A DNA stretch of 64,000 bases from Isoptericola halotolerans (GTDB taxonomy: Bacteria > Actinomycetota > Actinomycetes > Actinomycetales > Cellulomonadaceae). Within the stretch, counting starts at the first letter, position 1. Each line of letters begins with the position of its first letter. Under the pieces are notes generated by a model. The model ran no database searches and was not told the DNA's origin. It saw only the letters and a list, made by a program, of their open reading frames with translations. A program made the position numbers and the translations under genes. Location: positions 1,054,001 through 1,118,000 of the forward strand of contig NZ_JABEZU010000001.1 in NCBI RefSeq assembly GCF_013149785.1, read 5' to 3'. Shown in pieces: positions 61,416-64,000 of this stretch.

Positions 61416-62231
61416 GTGAGTACCCCGACGTTCCCGAGCACTCCTGACCTGCCGCCCCCGGACCCCGCAGCGGCGCTGTCCGTGCGCGGCCTGTGGAAGA
61501 GGTTCGGCGACAAGATCGCCGTCGCCGGGATCGACCTGGACGTCCCGGCCGGGTCGTTCTTCGGGCTCGTCGGCCCCAACGGGGCCGGCAAGACGACCAG
61601 CCTGTCCATGGCCACCGGCCTGCTGCGACCGGACTTCGGCACGGCCGCGGTCCACGGCACGGACCTGTGGGCGCGGCCCGACGAGGCGAAGGCGATGCTC
61701 GGTATCCTTCCCGACGGGCTGCGGCTCTTCGACCGGCTCACGGGCGCCCAGCTCCTCACCTACGCCGGGCTGCTGCACGGCCTGGACCGCGCCACGGTGG
61801 CCGACCGGACCGAGGACCTGCTGCGGGCGATGGACCTGGTCGCCGACCGCGACAACCTCGTCGTCGACTACTCGGCCGGGATGACCAAGAAGATCGCGCT
61901 CGCCGGCGCGATGATCCACGCGCCGCGCGTGCTGGTCCTCGACGAGCCCTTCGAGGCCGTCGATCCCGTCAGTGCCGCGAACATCCGCGACATCCTGCGC
62001 CGCTACGTCGACGACGGCGGCACGGTCGTCGTGTCCAGCCACGTGATGGACCTGGTGCAGCGGATGTGCTCGCACGTCGCGATCATCGCCGGCGGGCACG
62101 TGCTGGACGTCGGGACCGTCGACGCGGTCCGCGGTGAGCAGTCCCTGGAGGACCGGTTCGTCGACCTCGTCGGTGGGCGCAAGGGATCGGAGGGGCTGGA
62201 ATGGTTGCGCACTTCGTCCGGCTCAAGCTGA
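61416..62231 (+). CDS. ABC exporter ATP-binding protein
   Basis: [29 protein letters not shown]; leaderless GTG after TACGGT. Confidence 0.92.
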   Translation: MSTPTFPSTPDLPPPDPAAALSVRGLWKRFGDKIAVAGIDLDVPAGSFFGLVGPNGAGKTTSLSMATGLLRPDFGTAAVHGTDLWARPDEAKAMLGILPDGLRLFDRLTGAQLLTYAGLLHGLDRATVADRTEDLLRAMDLVADRDNLVVDYSAGMTKKIALAGAMIHAPRVLVLDEPFEAVDPVSAANIRDILRRYVDDGGTVVVSSHVMDLVQRMCSHVAIIAGGHVLDVGTVDAVRGEQSLEDRFVDLVGGRKGSEGLEWLRTSSGSS

Positions 62232-63826
62232 CCCTGCTCGCCAACACGCTGCGCCGCAGCGTGTGGCAGACGATCGGGCTCGCGGTCGCCCTGCTGTACG
62301 GCCTGACCGTGATCACGTTCCTGGTCGGCGCGGCGGTCGTCGGCGGCCGGGCCGATCCCGCGCTGACCGGACAGGTGCTCACGGTGGTGGGCGCCGCCGT
62401 CGTCCTCGGGTGGTGGGTGGTGCCGTTGTTCGCGTTCGGGGTCGACTCGACCCTGGACCCGTTGCGGTTCGCGACGTACGCGATCCCGCGTCGGCGGCTG
62501 CTCGCCGGGCTGGCCGCGGCGGGGGCGGTGTCCGTGCCGGCCGTCGTGACGCTGCTGGCGGGTCTCGGTGCGGCCTTCGCCTGGGCGAGCGACCCCGTGG
62601 CGCTGCTCGCCGCCCTCCTGGGGGCGGTCGCGGCGTTCGCCCTGTGCGTCGTGGGTTCCCGGGCGACGACGACGCTGCTCGCCCCGCTGCTCGACTCGCG
62701 CCGGTACCGCGAGATCCTCATGGTGGTGGCGATCGTCCCGTTGCTCGCCGTCGGACCGTTCTTCGCCTGGTTGGGGTCGAGCGCCGACAGACAGGTGGAC
62801 GGCTCCGGGGTGACGGTCACGACGACCGGTCCCGGCGAGGAGCTGCTCTCCGGGATCACCACGCTGGCCGGCATCGCCTCGTGGACGCCGTTCGGTGCGC
62901 CGTGGGCGCTCGCCGGTGCTGTGCACGACGGCGCGTGGCCGGCCGCCCTCGCCCGGCTCGCCGTCGTCGTCGTCACCCTGGCGGCCGCGGTGGTCGTGTG
63001 GGACCGTTCGCTCGCGCGCACGCTCGTGACGCCGCGGGGTGACGGCGCGGCCACGGCCTCCCGGCGGGGCCTGGGCTGGTTCGCCCGCGTGCCCGCCACG
63101 CCGACGGGTGCCGTGGCCGCACGCTGCGCCACGTACTGGGTCCGCGACCCCCGGTACGCCGCGAGCCTCGCGCTGGTGCCACTGCTGCCGGTCGTGCTGG
63201 TCGCCGTCGCGCTGAGCAGCGGGGCGGGCACGGAGCTGTTCCTGGTGGTGGCGCCGACCGCTGCGTTCATCCTGGGGATCGGGCTGTCGAACGACGTCGG
63301 TTACGACAACACCGCCTTCGCCCTGCACGTCGCGGCCGGCGTCCCGGGCCGCGCAGACCGCTGGGGTCGGGTGATCCCGGTCGCGGTCGTGGGTGTCCCC
63401 CTCGTGGTGGCGTTCGCCGTCGCGGCGGTGCTGGTCTCAGGGCGCTGGGACGCCTTGCCGGCCGTGCTGGGCACGAGCCTGGGTGTGCTGGGTGTCGGTG
63501 TGGGTGTGTCGAGCGTGGCGTCGGCACGCCTGGTCTACCCCGTGCCGAAGCCGGGGGAGAGCGCGTTCAAGACACCGCAGGGCGCGACCGTGGCCACGAT
63601 GGTGGCGCAGGCGGTGGCGTTCGCGATCGTGGCGGTCCTCACGGCTCCGACCGTCGTCCTGGCGCTGCTGGGCCTGTTCGGCGTCGGGTCGGGCTACGGG
63701 TGGGCCGCGCTCGCCGTGGGGCTGGTCAGCGCCGTCGTGGCCCTCGTGGTGGGTGTGCGGTGGGGCGCCCGGGTGTACGAACGACGCCAGCCGGAGCTGT
63801 TGGCACAGGTCACGGCGTTCTCCTGA
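62201..63826 (+). CDS. ABC-2 type exporter permease
   Basis: Many hydrophobic segments; MVAHFVRLKL, DSTLDPLRF, YWVRDPRY; overlaps the ATPase stop. Confidence 0.85.
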   Translation: MVAHFVRLKLTLLANTLRRSVWQTIGLAVALLYGLTVITFLVGAAVVGGRADPALTGQVLTVVGAAVVLGWWVVPLFAFGVDSTLDPLRFATYAIPRRRLLAGLAAAGAVSVPAVVTLLAGLGAAFAWASDPVALLAALLGAVAAFALCVVGSRATTTLLAPLLDSRRYREILMVVAIVPLLAVGPFFAWLGSSADRQVDGSGVTVTTTGPGEELLSGITTLAGIASWTPFGAPWALAGAVHDGAWPAALARLAVVVVTLAAAVVVWDRSLARTLVTPRGDGAATASRRGLGWFARVPATPTGAVAARCATYWVRDPRYAASLALVPLLPVVLVAVALSSGAGTELFLVVAPTAAFILGIGLSNDVGYDNTAFALHVAAGVPGRADRWGRVIPVAVVGVPLVVAFAVAAVLVSGRWDALPAVLGTSLGVLGVGVGVSSVASARLVYPVPKPGESAFKTPQGATVATMVAQAVAFAIVAVLTAPTVVLALLGLFGVGSGYGWAALAVGLVSAVVALVVGVRWGARVYERRQPELLAQVTAFS

Positions 63827-63874
63827 CGCACCCCGCACCCGGGCGTGTCGCGGGGACCTGCGAGACTGGTCGGC

Positions 63875-64000
63875 GTGAATCCACCGAACGACCGCACGTC
63901 CGTGACACCTCCCGACGGGTGGACGGCGGTGGTTCCCGGCCTGGCGGACGTACCGCGGCTCGGTGAGCTGAGGGGACGTCACGCTGCTCCGTTCACCGGA
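63875..64000 (+). CDS. Start of a probable gene running off the window (possibly GNAT acetyltransferase)
   Basis: GTG 7 nt after GAGACT; open to the edge as MNPPNDRTSVTPPDGWTAVVPGLADVPRLGEL...; product guessed from N-terminal resemblance only. Confidence 0.4.
   Translation, partial: MNPPNDRTSVTPPDGWTAVVPGLADVPRLGELRGRHAAPFTG

Overview
Very GC-rich actinobacterial chromosome segment; gene content and order suggest Micrococcales (Cellulomonas/Isoptericola-like), which is an inference. It opens with the conserved nudC-mrx1-uvrD2-whiB7-ThiF-like-M48-DUF2342-PDZ/Lon-UPF0182 block and two tandem initiator tRNA-Met genes. A patchwork accessory stretch follows: a decayed ECF42/DGPF pair, a polar amino-acid ABC transporter, USP, a Ca/Na antiporter, sufE-sseA, a GAF regulator-aldehyde dehydrogenase-DUF779 unit, two convergent HNH-type genes, FUSC and CHAD. 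The rest holds the glyoxylate shunt (aceA/aceB) with a divergent RamB-like regulator, large NAD-glutamate dehydrogenase, a fused CoA-transferase plus thiolase and LysR, the mrp Na+/H+ antiporter operon, phoH2, fumC, carbonic anhydrase, a PfkB kinase, xseB/ABC-F/xseA, ispH, an SLC13 permease, rmuC and an ABC exporter. No CRISPR array, integrase or transposase was seen. The most interesting signals are non-coding. (1) A near-consensus IdeR/DtxR iron box overlaps a sigma-A-like promoter that drives only a ~65-nt hairpin between convergent phoH2 and fumC, a candidate iron-repressed sRNA. (2) The whiB7 leader shows a complete uORF attenuator with a 13-nt antiterminator pairing. (3) A TCCACA-N3-TGTGGA palindrome sits at the same distance upstream of two unrelated genes. 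(4) Three 26-29 bp-arm perfect palindromes look REP-like. Start codons were often moved from the ORF track using homology recall and leaderless -10 elements; no database searches were run.
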